Origin: Gammaproteobacteria bacterium
GTDB taxonomy: Bacteria > Pseudomonadota > Gammaproteobacteria > Magnimaribacterales > AG-339-G14
DNA length: 64,000 nt
Assembly: GCA_019652555.1 (NCBI GenBank)
Contig: BPAJ01000002.1
Coordinates: 79,014-143,013, forward strand
Reading direction: 5' to 3'
The notes beneath the pieces were generated by a model, which saw only the letters and a list, made by a program, of their open reading frames with translations, made no database searches and was not told the origin of the DNA. Shown here in pieces: positions 41,590 to 51,171 of the stretch. Made by a program: the position numbers and the translations under genes. Numbering within the stretch: position 1 is the first letter of the stretch; each line of letters starts with the position of its first letter.

Positions 41590-42360
41590 ATGAAAAGAGT
41601 TATTTTAAGCAGAAAAGGATTTGATTCAAAATATGGAGGTAGACCTTCACCCATATTTAAGAATGATGATATTTTCTCTCTTCCCATTCCTCAAAATGGA
41701 AAATCTCCAAAAAAATATCATGAGCTTAAATTCAATGGTATCAATGGAACTCAAGCTTTGAAGGAAGTTTCAGCCACACAGGTTACTTCAGAAGACTTTT
41801 GCCATTATGATCCCGCTCTTAATGACAAAATTGGACTTTTTGGTCAGGCGGGTAGCGCACAATCTGAGCTTAAAAATAATGGTGTAGGTATAGGAGATCT
41901 TTTTTTATTTTTTGGCTGGTTTAAAAAGACAGAAAATCCAAAAATAGATATCCATAAAATTTTTGGTTGGTTACAAATTGAAGAAATCTTGGAAGGCGAC
42001 AAACAGATTTCTAATTTTTTAAAAAAACACAATCTTTCACATCCACACGATCCAAAATATCGAAAATATAAAAACAATACAATTTATGTATCAAGAAAAA
42101 ATTTTGGTTTATTTAAAAAATTCTCTAAAAAACTAGTGCTTAGCGCTCCTAACCACAAGAAATCTATGTGGCAGTTTCCCAAAAAATATTTTGCTAGTGC
42201 TGCTAAGAAGAAGAGTAATATTTTTTTAAACCGTCTAAAATGGAAAGACAATAGAAAATTATTAGTCGATACAAATATTGGCCCTGGCCAAGAATTTATT
42301 TTCGACGCCCAAGAAGTACCAGATATTTCTTTATGGGCAAAATCACTAACAGAAGAGTAA
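41590..42360 (+). CDS. Hypothetical protein (conserved N-terminal SRKGFDS..GG.PSPI motif)
   Basis: About 256 aa from the ATG at 41590 (MKRVILSRKGFDSKYGGRPSPIF...). The motif resembles a predicted nucleotide-modification-associated domain I recall only loosely. No partner genes nearby. Confidence 0.4.
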   Translation: MKRVILSRKGFDSKYGGRPSPIFKNDDIFSLPIPQNGKSPKKYHELKFNGINGTQALKEVSATQVTSEDFCHYDPALNDKIGLFGQAGSAQSELKNNGVGIGDLFLFFGWFKKTENPKIDIHKIFGWLQIEEILEGDKQISNFLKKHNLSHPHDPKYRKYKNNTIYVSRKNFGLFKKFSKKLVLSAPNHKKSMWQFPKKYFASAAKKKSNIFLNRLKWKDNRKLLVDTNIGPGQEFIFDAQEVPDISLWAKSLTEE

Positions 42361-42364
42361 TCTT

Positions 42365-42751
42365 ATGAACAATTTATATCTTTTTCTTGCGGGACTAATG
42401 GCTGGAATGATTTTATTTCAGGCTGCTTTAAATGCTCCTACTATTTTTAAAGTGTACTCTGAAGAACAAGCCGGACCCTTTCTAAGAGCAATTTTTCCAA
42501 AATTATTTTTAAATGTGGCAGTTCTTAGTCTCATAGGAGTTGTCTTATCAGTAATTGGTGATCGTCTTTCGCTTCAAATACTTTTTTTTGTTTCTTTTTT
42601 ATTAATGAGTATTTCGTATTTGATAGTTCCGGCGACAAACAAGGCAAGGGATGAAGGAAGAGATAAAAGTTTTAAGTATCTGCACTTATTGAGTGTAATA
42701 CTTACTTTATTGACTTTAGTACTCTGTCTTATAATTTTGGTGGTCACCTAA
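42365..42751 (+). CDS. Small membrane protein (DUF4149-like)
   Basis: 128 aa with 4 TM helices. Confidence 0.45.
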   Translation: MNNLYLFLAGLMAGMILFQAALNAPTIFKVYSEEQAGPFLRAIFPKLFLNVAVLSLIGVVLSVIGDRLSLQILFFVSFLLMSISYLIVPATNKARDEGRDKSFKYLHLLSVILTLLTLVLCLIILVVT

Positions 42752-42752
42752 A

Positions 42753-43124
42753 ATGGAAAAACAATTCAATGTTTTTGAAGAAGAAATAGAGGAATGTTGT
42801 TCAAATCCTATTACTGGTTTCTTTCGAGATGGATTTTGTCACACCGATAATTTGGATCAGGGCTTGCATGTTGTTTGTGCATACATAACAGATGATTTTC
42901 TAGAATTTTCTAAATCAAGAGGCAATGATCTTTCTACGCCAAGAGAAGAATTTAATTTTCCAGGCCTAAAGGAGGGTGATCACTGGTGCGTTTGTGCAGA
43001 ACGTTGGAAAGAAGCTTATGAGAACGATAAGGCTCCTAAAATCTTTTTAAGAAGAACAAATAGAAAGTCTATAAAAATTATTGATTTAGAGATTCTTAAG
43101 AAATATGCAATTGACTTAGACTAA
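42753..43124 (+). CDS. DUF2237 family protein
   Basis: 123 aa with CCSNPITGFFRDGFCHT, GLHVVCA and GDHWCVCAERWKEA, a conserved Cys pattern characteristic of DUF2237. Confidence 0.7.
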   Translation: MEKQFNVFEEEIEECCSNPITGFFRDGFCHTDNLDQGLHVVCAYITDDFLEFSKSRGNDLSTPREEFNFPGLKEGDHWCVCAERWKEAYENDKAPKIFLRRTNRKSIKIIDLEILKKYAIDLD

Positions 43125-43127
43125 AGG

Positions 43128-44561
43128 CTAAGCTCTTCTGAGTCTGCTGCCGTGTTTCAGGTAAACGTCTTTAGCAATTTTCTTGAAGTCAGAACCTTTT
43201 CTTACCGACCAAATTGTTTCTCGAGCTTTTTTTGCCGAAGCTTTCAGGTCTACTATTTTTTCATGATAGATTTCATTTAATTCTGCTACGTGAATGTTTT
43301 TCGGCTCTATATTTTTTAAAGAATTAATTTGGCCTTTAATCCACATTGCAGATGGATCTTGGTCGCTACTTTGTTTTAAGACTGAGTATATTCTTGGGAG
43401 ATTGATACCCGTTACGCCGCTTTGCATTTGCACTTGGCATATGTGAATGCCTGGTTCGTAATCTACAAAAAGTTCAGCAAGACGAGGTGAAGTTTTTTGC
43501 CAAGGCTGCCATAAGTTATAAGAGGCAAAAGACATGATCATTGCTCGCATTCTAAAATTAATCCAACCTTTTTCTTTCAAGAAAACCATGCAAGCGTCTA
43601 AGAACGGAAAACCTGTTTCTCCTGCAATCCATTTCTCAATAAGTTCATCATTCTCATCCTCTCTCAAAGAATCACACATTGGATGCATGGATTTAAATTC
43701 TAATTCAGGCTCGGTTTCAAGCTTTTGAATAAAATGACAATGCCAGTGAAGTCTTTTTTTAAATGAGTAGAGGTCTTTCCTGAAAATGGAGCTATTCATA
43801 TTTTTCTGAACTTCTTGAAAAATAGTTCTTAATGATATTGTTCCAAACGATATGTGTGGGGATAATCTAGAACAAGAATGTTCAGCTTCAACGGGACTGG
43901 ACATTTTTATAGAATATCCATCCATCCGCTTTTCTAAAAAAGATGAAAGAAGTTTTTTTGCTTTATCTTCGCCACCAAGCTGAAAACTATTATTTTTTGG
44001 ATCTACAAGAGACTGCTTTTTTTTAAATGCTTTAAAATCTAATAAATCTTTGGGCTTAATTTTTGAGGAATGGTTAATTTGTGGAGGTGGCAATATCTTC
44101 TGAGTCATTATTCTATGCCAATTTGAAGACCAGTCATCTCTGTTGTGATTTTTTGTTTGAATTCCAAAATCTTCAAATTCATACAACCTTCCAGAGTCTT
44201 CAAACTTGCTAAAGAACTTTGCTTTAAGATTTCTGTGATAATGAATGTCGGTTGATTGATTCAAAAAAATCTTAGACTGAGGAAAGTTTTTGTCTATCCA
44301 CAAAGCAAGTTCATCAAGATCGCCCTCAAAGATGAACAAATCTCTATTGAGTTTATTGAGCTTTTCATCTAACTCTCCTAAAGAGTCGAGACAAAATTGA
44401 AATTGTCTTTCTGATTTTCCGTTGTTACTCCAATAGTCTTTATCGTATGCGTATATGATCAAAGATTTGTCAGCATTACAGCCGTGATACAAAGCAGAAT
44501 TATCGGAAATTCTTAAATTTTTATGAAGCAAAACAATATTCACTGGACTAGAATACTTCAA
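43128..44561 (-). CDS. Cryptochrome/photolyase family protein
   Basis: 477 aa with an N-terminal alpha/beta domain (IVLLHKNLRISDNSAL) and FAD-binding domain blocks TGFPFLDACMVFLKEKGWINFRMRAMIMSFASYNLWQPW. Confidence 0.8.
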   Translation of the reverse strand: MKYSSPVNIVLLHKNLRISDNSALYHGCNADKSLIIYAYDKDYWSNNGKSERQFQFCLDSLGELDEKLNKLNRDLFIFEGDLDELALWIDKNFPQSKIFLNQSTDIHYHRNLKAKFFSKFEDSGRLYEFEDFGIQTKNHNRDDWSSNWHRIMTQKILPPPQINHSSKIKPKDLLDFKAFKKKQSLVDPKNNSFQLGGEDKAKKLLSSFLEKRMDGYSIKMSSPVEAEHSCSRLSPHISFGTISLRTIFQEVQKNMNSSIFRKDLYSFKKRLHWHCHFIQKLETEPELEFKSMHPMCDSLREDENDELIEKWIAGETGFPFLDACMVFLKEKGWINFRMRAMIMSFASYNLWQPWQKTSPRLAELFVDYEPGIHICQVQMQSGVTGINLPRIYSVLKQSSDQDPSAMWIKGQINSLKNIEPKNIHVAELNEIYHEKIVDLKASAKKARETIWSVRKGSDFKKIAKDVYLKHGSRLRRA

Positions 44562-44614
44562 ATGATCTCAACGCATTCTCATATGAATATAAGAAGTTTT
44601 TTTCTTGATAATTT

Positions 44615-45151
44615 ATGACTATTGATTACTTAAAGACACAGAAAATAATTCATTGGCTTATGGCAATTATTATCATGTTGGATCTTAATGTCGCCCAAAA
44701 GTTTGGCGGCAATATGGAACTATGGGACAGACTTGAGTCACGATCTGATCATGCAACAGCCGGTATGATCGTAACTTTCTTATTTATATTAAGAATAATA
44801 TTACGATATTTTTATGGAGCCCCAAAACTACCTTCAACGATGCCTGCCTGGCAGGTAGCTTCTGCAAAATTAGGACATTATTCTTTATATTTTCTTATGG
44901 CAGGACTCATAATTACTGGAATATCAATGGCGAGCTTTGCTTCAGACCCAATAATAGTTTTTGGCATCGATTTGGCTTTTGCAGCGCATAACCAAAATAC
45001 ATTTTTTATAATAAGAGGATTTCACGAATTTTGTACCAACGCAATCATTGCATTGATTGTTATTCATATTCTTGCCGCGCTGTATCATCAATTTTTTGCA
45101 AAAGATGATACAACCAAAAAGATGCTTAAATTTTGGGACAACAAAAAATAG
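44615..45151 (+). CDS. Cytochrome b561 family membrane protein
   Basis: 178 aa with 4 TM helices carrying conserved His (IIHWLMA, LGHYSLY, VIHILAALYHQF). Confidence 0.7.
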   Translation: MTIDYLKTQKIIHWLMAIIIMLDLNVAQKFGGNMELWDRLESRSDHATAGMIVTFLFILRIILRYFYGAPKLPSTMPAWQVASAKLGHYSLYFLMAGLIITGISMASFASDPIIVFGIDLAFAAHNQNTFFIIRGFHEFCTNAIIALIVIHILAALYHQFFAKDDTTKKMLKFWDNKK

Positions 45152-45239
45152 AAGATTTTTAAAAATTATCATTTAATACTAGAATTCTCTTGCTCAAAAA
45201 AAAGTTCTATAACCAATACCTATTGCTACTTTTGCAAAC

Positions 45240-45885
45240 GATTACATTTCCCCAAAAATAATTTTAGACGGCTGGTTTGAGAAACGAGAGAATTAAATGC
45301 TTTGAAATCTTTTTTCTCTCAATGCAATTTTTCTAAAAGATTATGTCTCGACATAGGAGCGAACATAGGAAATCATTCATTATTTTTTTCAAGAATCTTT
45401 CAAAGAAGTTTTAGCTTTTGAACCAAATAACAAAGTTTTTAATCTTTTAGAAATCAATGCTTCATCAGTTGATAACATTCAAGTGACTTAATTTTGGTTT
45501 TTCCGATGCTTCAAAAGAATTACCAGCGCAAATAGCTTTTGTTGATATTGGAAATGCTACTCAGGCATTGTTTCTTCTCCGGAGCAATCCAATACTATCT
45601 TAAAGGTTGAGAAACTTAGATAATTTTAAAAAGGAAAATAGTTTAGGGAAAATATCCTTCATAAAAATAGATGTAGAAGGGCATGAATAAGCTGTTTTAA
45701 GAGGAGCTAAAGATATTCTAATAAAGGATTCTCCAGTTATTTCTTTGGAGCTTGAAATGACAAATTATTATGAGAACTGCATTGAGTCAATACAAATTTC
45801 TAAAATCATGTGGATATTCAGAAGCTCATATTTTGAAAAATACCTTTTCCGGAGCAATTTCATCAAACTTTAAAAAAACTTCTAT
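45240..45885 (+). pseudogene. Decayed FkbM-family methyltransferase
   Basis: Fragments in three frames read CLDIGANIGNHSLFFSRIFQ / EVLAFEPNNKVFNLLEINASSVDNIQV / NFGFSDASKEL...KISFIKIDVEGHE*AVLRGAKDIL. There are at least 3 frameshifts (about 45290, 45400, 45487) and 2 in-frame TAA codons (45601-03, 45688-90). No ORF of 60 aa or more in any frame. Confidence 0.8.
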
Positions 45886-45971
45886 CGCATAATTTTTTAA
45901 AGCTACCTAGAAAAAGGCATAAAATGGTAATGTTTTTTATTCACTAAGAGGGATGTAATGTAAAAATTTGG

Positions 45972-46574
45972 TTGCCAATTAGCTTGGTCTATATTTTATT
46001 TTTTCTCTGGTATACAAATTTATCTGGCCCTCTTACAGAGCAAGAAATAGAAAGTTACAAAAAAATCTTCGATGAGAGTAACTCAGCAAGAAGAGATTCT
46101 GGGCAATGGGAAAAAGCATTCAAGTTCATGATTGAGGATGATGGCAAAGACTTTTATATGGTGAACTTTCTTGATAGGAACGAATCACCACGAACTATGG
46201 AAGCTACTGGAGAGGGAGCAACTTCATTAGATTTGCAGATGCACTACATGGAATACATGTGGCCACAACAGTTTAAAAGAGCCTCACATCCAGTATTCTT
46301 TGCTTTTGTTTTAAATCCTGCTCTGGATATCGTTGCCGCCCAAGGAATGGAGGACTGGGACATTGTTGCAATATTTAGATACAGAAGCAGAAGAGATTTG
46401 TTTGAAATCGGTCTGAATCCTGTTTTTGATGAAAGGCATGAATACAAAGTTGAGGCCTTAGATAAGACGATAGCCATTCCTGTAGAAACCCCCTTTATTA
46501 CTGATTTAAGGTTTGCCTTGTTTGTATTTTTGTTACTAATTGGCTTAATAATTGAAAGAATCAGAGGAAAATAA
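45972..46574 (+). CDS. Hypothetical membrane-anchored protein
   Basis: 200 aa with a non-ATG (TTG) start and hydrophobic N- and C-terminal helices. No family recognised. Confidence 0.45.
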   Translation: MPISLVYILFFLWYTNLSGPLTEQEIESYKKIFDESNSARRDSGQWEKAFKFMIEDDGKDFYMVNFLDRNESPRTMEATGEGATSLDLQMHYMEYMWPQQFKRASHPVFFAFVLNPALDIVAAQGMEDWDIVAIFRYRSRRDLFEIGLNPVFDERHEYKVEALDKTIAIPVETPFITDLRFALFVFLLLIGLIIERIRGK

Positions 46575-46615
46575 AATTCTTTTGGGCTTTTTCTCAAAGC
46601 TATAAAAATTAAAAA

Positions 46616-47677
46616 ATGATGAACAGAATAAAAGCAGCTTGGGAAGGAAGGATTTCAGGTTGTTTGCTTGGTAAGCCCATAGAAATTTTATCAATGCGAG
46701 AAGGAAAAGATTCTTTAGAAAACTACCTTAAAGAAGCAAAGTCTTTCCCGTTGAGGGATTATATAAATCATGTCGAGCATCCATTAATAAAAGGCTTATC
46801 AATTAATTGTTGCAAGGGAAAAATTAATAGAGCTGAACAAGATGACGACATCACTTACACAGTTTTAGCTTTAATGATGCTCGAAGAACATGGCTTAAAA
46901 CTTGATACAGATGACATTGCAAGGACATGGATTAACAAACTGCCAGCTGGTGCTACTTTTACGGCAGAAAGAGAGGCGTACATCAAGTTACTAAAAAATA
47001 TGAACTTTGATTATCAGTGGGGCGGGGAAAGAAAATTTGATATCGATACTCTGAGCGATAATGAGTTTAATGATTGGATTGGAGCACAAATAAGAATCGA
47101 TATGTATGGTTGGGTTCTGCCTGGCAATCCGGCAATAGCTGCAGATTTGGCAAGGAAAGATGCGCGCCTATCTCATAGAGGGTGTGCCGTAGAATGTTCT
47201 GCATATATTGCTGCTCTTGCAGCTCTAATACCAGTTAAAGAAAAGAGAATAGATGCAGTTGAAGAAGCTTTAAAATACATAGACAAAACTTCAGATGCCT
47301 ATAAAGCAGTGGAAGTAGGGATAAAAAATTTCGGTAAAGCTTGCAACAAAATCATAGACAAATATAAAGATCTTTCCCCAGTCCATAGCCTCAATAATTT
47401 AGCCATAGTTGTTTGGGCTTTTTTAAGTTTTCAAGATTCTTTTGATGAAGCAGTAGGTGAAGCAGTTTCAGCGGGATGGGACACCGATTGCAATGGAGCA
47501 ACTGTTGGCGGATTGTTTGGTCTTGCTAATGGCGAGATTCCATCAAAGTGGACCGATCCTTGGAAAGGTAAAGTTAACACTACCATATCCGGCATAGGAG
47601 AATTAAGTTTAGAAAATCTTATTCAAAGAACAGAGAATCTCCGAGAAAATATAAGTTCGCAATTAAAAAAATCATAA
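46616..47677 (+). CDS. ADP-ribosylglycohydrolase family protein
   Basis: 353 aa with QDDDITYT and C-terminal GWDTDCNGATVGGLFG metal-binding blocks. Confidence 0.82.
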   Translation: MMNRIKAAWEGRISGCLLGKPIEILSMREGKDSLENYLKEAKSFPLRDYINHVEHPLIKGLSINCCKGKINRAEQDDDITYTVLALMMLEEHGLKLDTDDIARTWINKLPAGATFTAEREAYIKLLKNMNFDYQWGGERKFDIDTLSDNEFNDWIGAQIRIDMYGWVLPGNPAIAADLARKDARLSHRGCAVECSAYIAALAALIPVKEKRIDAVEEALKYIDKTSDAYKAVEVGIKNFGKACNKIIDKYKDLSPVHSLNNLAIVVWAFLSFQDSFDEAVGEAVSAGWDTDCNGATVGGLFGLANGEIPSKWTDPWKGKVNTTISGIGELSLENLIQRTENLRENISSQLKKS

Positions 47678-47680
47678 AAG

Positions 47681-48586
47681 ATGTCTGACTTTATTGTTTT
47701 TGGTGGCATTAATATGGATCTTTTTGCTTATCTTCCTAGATCTCCTGAAGAAGGCGAAACAATTGAAGCAAACTCAATAGAATTCTTTTTGGGAGGAAAA
47801 GGTGCGAATCAAGCAGTAGCCTTGGCGAGACTGGGCGCAAAGGTAAGTTTTGTAGGAACCGTTGGCAAAGATTTATTTGGTCAGGATCTAGAGTCTTTGA
47901 TCGAGAGAGAAAATGTAAATATTAAGAACTTGAGCAGGAAGAAAGGACAATCAGGCGTTGCATTAATTAACGTACTAGAAGATGGCAGAAATGAAGTCGT
48001 CGCTTTTCCAGGCATAAATAAGAATTCCAAAAGCAAACAAGTAAGCAATCAGGAATTAGAAGCTTGCTCAATTGTAATTGGCACGATGGAGTTGGAAGAA
48101 GTTGAGACTTCAGATTTATTCAAGCGCGCGAAACAAAACAATTGTTTAACAATACTTAATTTAGCTCCGTATAAAGAACCTTCAAAATTACTACTGGAGC
48201 AAACAGACATTTTAGTAATTAATGAGACTGAATTTTTAGGCCTTCTTAATAAGGCTCCTCAGTCAGTTGATATAGATTTCATTGATAAGAATTTTTCCTC
48301 ATTAAATATTCCCTCGCATGTAAATGTTGTTATTACCCTGGGAGATTCAGGAGTAATTGCATATGAAAAAGGAAAAAGAAAATATTTCAAATCAAGAAAA
48401 GTTAAAGCTATTGATACAGTTGGAGCAGGAGATTGCTTCGTAGGGGCCCTGGGATTTTCTCTTTCGGAAAATCCAGATATGTTTTCTGCCGTTAAATTTG
48501 CAAATTGTGCAGCATCGTTATCAGTGACCAAAAAAGGTGCTGCTAAATCAATGCCATCCTATGATGAGGTTGTAAATAAACTTTAA
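47681..48586 (+). CDS. PfkB-family carbohydrate kinase (ribokinase-like)
   Basis: 301 aa with GGKGANQAVALARLG and DTVGAGDCFVGAL signatures. Confidence 0.85.
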   Translation: MSDFIVFGGINMDLFAYLPRSPEEGETIEANSIEFFLGGKGANQAVALARLGAKVSFVGTVGKDLFGQDLESLIERENVNIKNLSRKKGQSGVALINVLEDGRNEVVAFPGINKNSKSKQVSNQELEACSIVIGTMELEEVETSDLFKRAKQNNCLTILNLAPYKEPSKLLLEQTDILVINETEFLGLLNKAPQSVDIDFIDKNFSSLNIPSHVNVVITLGDSGVIAYEKGKRKYFKSRKVKAIDTVGAGDCFVGALGFSLSENPDMFSAVKFANCAASLSVTKKGAAKSMPSYDEVVNKL

Positions 48587-48606
48587 ATTTTTTAATCTAT
48601 ATTTAA

Positions 48607-49473
48607 ATGAAAAATTTGAATTTTGAAAATTTTGAAAAATTGGATTTGCCTTTCAAAGTTAATCGATTGTCTCCAAATATTGGAGCAGAGCTTCTGGAAA
48701 TCGATTTAAGAGAAGATTTCAATAAGGAAACTTATGAATTGATTTACCAAGCTCTACTCATTTACAAAGTAATTTTTTTTCGCAAGCAGAATCTCAGTAC
48801 CGAGGATCATTTAAGGTTTGCAAAACAATTTGGTGAACTGGAAGTTCATCCTTTTGCGCCGCACAAAGAAGGATACCCAGAAGTTCTCAGCATAACTCAC
48901 AACGAAAAGAGCAAAGGTAGAGAAAACACTTGGCACTCTGATGTTACTTGGAGGGAAGAACCTTCCTTGGGATCTATTCTGCGCATGATCGAGGGTCCTC
49001 AGGTTGGAGGCGATACCTTATTTTCTGACATGTGTATGGCCTATGATGGGCTGTCTGATGAAGTGAAGAAAAAGTTAGAAGGAGCAATTGCTGTTCATGA
49101 TTTTGCTGGTTTTAGACAAAGATTGATAAAACAAGGCAAAAGTGAAGCAGAAATAGAGGCTTTTAATCAAAAGTATCCAAGCCCTGAACATCCTGTGATT
49201 CGTACGCATCCGGATACAAAACAAAAAGTTATATACGTAAACAAAGCTTTTACACAATATATAAAAGACTGGGATGCTACAGAATCTTCCATTATGCTAG
49301 ATTTCTTATATGCCCAAGCGGCAATACCTGAGTATCAGTGTCGATTTATCTGGGAAAAGGATTCGATTGCTTTTTGGGATAATAGAGCGTGCCAACACTA
49401 TGCAGTATCAGATTATTGGCCGCAAGTAAGAAAAGTTGAAAGGGTTACAGTCGTAGGCGACAGACCCTACTAA
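48607..49473 (+). CDS. TauD/TfdA-family Fe(II)/2-oxoglutarate dioxygenase
   Basis: 288 aa with WHSDVTW (H-x-D), GGDTLFSDM, and FWDNRACQHYA. Confidence 0.85.
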   Translation: MKNLNFENFEKLDLPFKVNRLSPNIGAELLEIDLREDFNKETYELIYQALLIYKVIFFRKQNLSTEDHLRFAKQFGELEVHPFAPHKEGYPEVLSITHNEKSKGRENTWHSDVTWREEPSLGSILRMIEGPQVGGDTLFSDMCMAYDGLSDEVKKKLEGAIAVHDFAGFRQRLIKQGKSEAEIEAFNQKYPSPEHPVIRTHPDTKQKVIYVNKAFTQYIKDWDATESSIMLDFLYAQAAIPEYQCRFIWEKDSIAFWDNRACQHYAVSDYWPQVRKVERVTVVGDRPY

Positions 49474-49501
49474 AAATTAAAAATAAATCACAGGGGAAAT
49501 T

Positions 49502-49891
49502 ATGTTTAGTCATATTATGGTTGGAGCAAATGATATAGAGGAATCTAAAACTTTTTACGACAATGTTTTAGGAGTTTTAGGTGCAAAACCAGGACTCATG
49601 GTTCCAAATCTTACTGGTCAAACTCGTTACTTTTATTTTTTAGAGGGAATGACTTTCTGTATTTCAGAGCCTATTGACGGGGAGCCAGCTTCAGCAGGAA
49701 ATGGCTCAACTATCGGATTCAATATAGAAGATGAAGCTCAGGGAGATAAATGGCATGCAGCAGGCCTTGAAGCTGGTGGAATTTCCATTGAAGATGCGCC
49801 TGGCGTTAGAGAATTTGAAGGCATGAAAATGTACTTAGCTTATTTGAGAGATCCCTCAGGCAACAAGCTTTGTGCAATTAAACAACTATAG
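49502..49891 (+). CDS. VOC (glyoxalase/bleomycin resistance/dioxygenase) family protein
   Basis: 129 aa with MFSHIMVGANDIEESKTFYDNVLG and YLRDPSGNKL. Confidence 0.75.
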   Translation: MFSHIMVGANDIEESKTFYDNVLGVLGAKPGLMVPNLTGQTRYFYFLEGMTFCISEPIDGEPASAGNGSTIGFNIEDEAQGDKWHAAGLEAGGISIEDAPGVREFEGMKMYLAYLRDPSGNKLCAIKQL

Positions 49892-49896
49892 AAATT

Positions 49897-51135
49897 ATGG
49901 ATTATGTTCCGTATGCAGTTCCGTTTTTCTTATTAGCCATCCTAATAGAACTATCTTATGGTTGGTTAAAAAATAACAATACTTACCGAGCCAATGATGC
50001 TTTGTCTAGTATGTTTATGGGAGCGCTTCGGTCTACTAGTTCGGCATTGAAAATAGGTTTAGGTGGCGCAGTTTTCTTCTTTGTGGAAACACATTTTTCA
50101 TTGCCAAGATGGGATTCAAGTTCAATTCTTACTTGGATCATTGCCTTTGTTGCCTATGACTTCTTTTATTATTGGTTTCACAGAATCAGTCACGAGAGAC
50201 AAATTTTTTGGGCATCGCATGTAGCTCATCACCAAAGCGAGGATTACAATTTATCTACGGCTTTAAGACAGACTGGCACAGGTTTCTTTTTGACTTGGGT
50301 ATTTTATATTCCGCTTTTCATTATCGGCGTGCCTTCTTATGTTTTTGTTTCGGTAGCTTCCATTAATTTGATTTATCAATTTTGGGTTCACACAGAACAT
50401 GTTCCTAAATTGGGATGGTTCGAGTTATTTTTCGTTTCTCCCTCTAATCACAGAGTTCACCATGCTCAAAATGAGGAATACATAGATAAGAATTATGGCG
50501 GGGTATTTATTATTTGGGATAGATTGTTCGGAACTTTCAAGGAGGAGGAAGACAATCTTTCTCCTATCTATGGCATTAGAGGTCCTTTAAAAACCTTTAA
50601 TCCTGTTTGGGCAAATCTTCATATTTATGTGAAGATGCTAAGAGAAATATTTCATACAAAAAATCTTAAGGATAAGCTTTATGTCTTGGTTGCACCAACC
50701 AGGTGGATTCCAACCGATTCAGGTCATTTATCTCCAAAAACAGATTTCGATGTTCACAATTTTAAAAAATACAATCCTAATTCCTCTTTGGCATCTAAAA
50801 GTTACGCTTTTTTTCAACTGATATTCGTGTCTCTTATCAGCACAGTCTTTATTGAACTGGGCGAACTGAACCTACCGCAAGGGATTGTTGTTGCTATTGC
50901 AATGGTTTCAACCGCATATTGTGTTTCTTTGTGGTTGGACAGCAAGAAGGCTTTGCTGGCAGATGTTTTCAGAATAGTTTTTTTAATAGGAGTTTTCTTA
51001 ACTTCTTTTTTTCTTCCCGAGGCAAACAAATACACTCTGCCATTGGCAGGATACTTGTCTATAAACCTATTATTTCTATTTTTCTTATATAATTCTTTTC
51101 GAAAAAACAATCTTTTGACACGACAAATGTCATAA
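49897..51135 (+). CDS. Sterol desaturase / fatty acid hydroxylase family protein with about 170-aa C-terminal membrane extension
   Basis: His boxes HRISHERQIFWASHVAHHQSEDYN and HRVHHAQN. Paralog of the gene at 39462..40322. Extra hydrophobic C-terminal region. Confidence 0.8.
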   Translation: MDYVPYAVPFFLLAILIELSYGWLKNNNTYRANDALSSMFMGALRSTSSALKIGLGGAVFFFVETHFSLPRWDSSSILTWIIAFVAYDFFYYWFHRISHERQIFWASHVAHHQSEDYNLSTALRQTGTGFFLTWVFYIPLFIIGVPSYVFVSVASINLIYQFWVHTEHVPKLGWFELFFVSPSNHRVHHAQNEEYIDKNYGGVFIIWDRLFGTFKEEEDNLSPIYGIRGPLKTFNPVWANLHIYVKMLREIFHTKNLKDKLYVLVAPTRWIPTDSGHLSPKTDFDVHNFKKYNPNSSLASKSYAFFQLIFVSLISTVFIELGELNLPQGIVVAIAMVSTAYCVSLWLDSKKALLADVFRIVFLIGVFLTSFFLPEANKYTLPLAGYLSINLLFLFFLYNSFRKNNLLTRQMS

Positions 51136-51171
51136 GTTATATTTTTTTTTAATTTATTAAGGTAATTCGAT

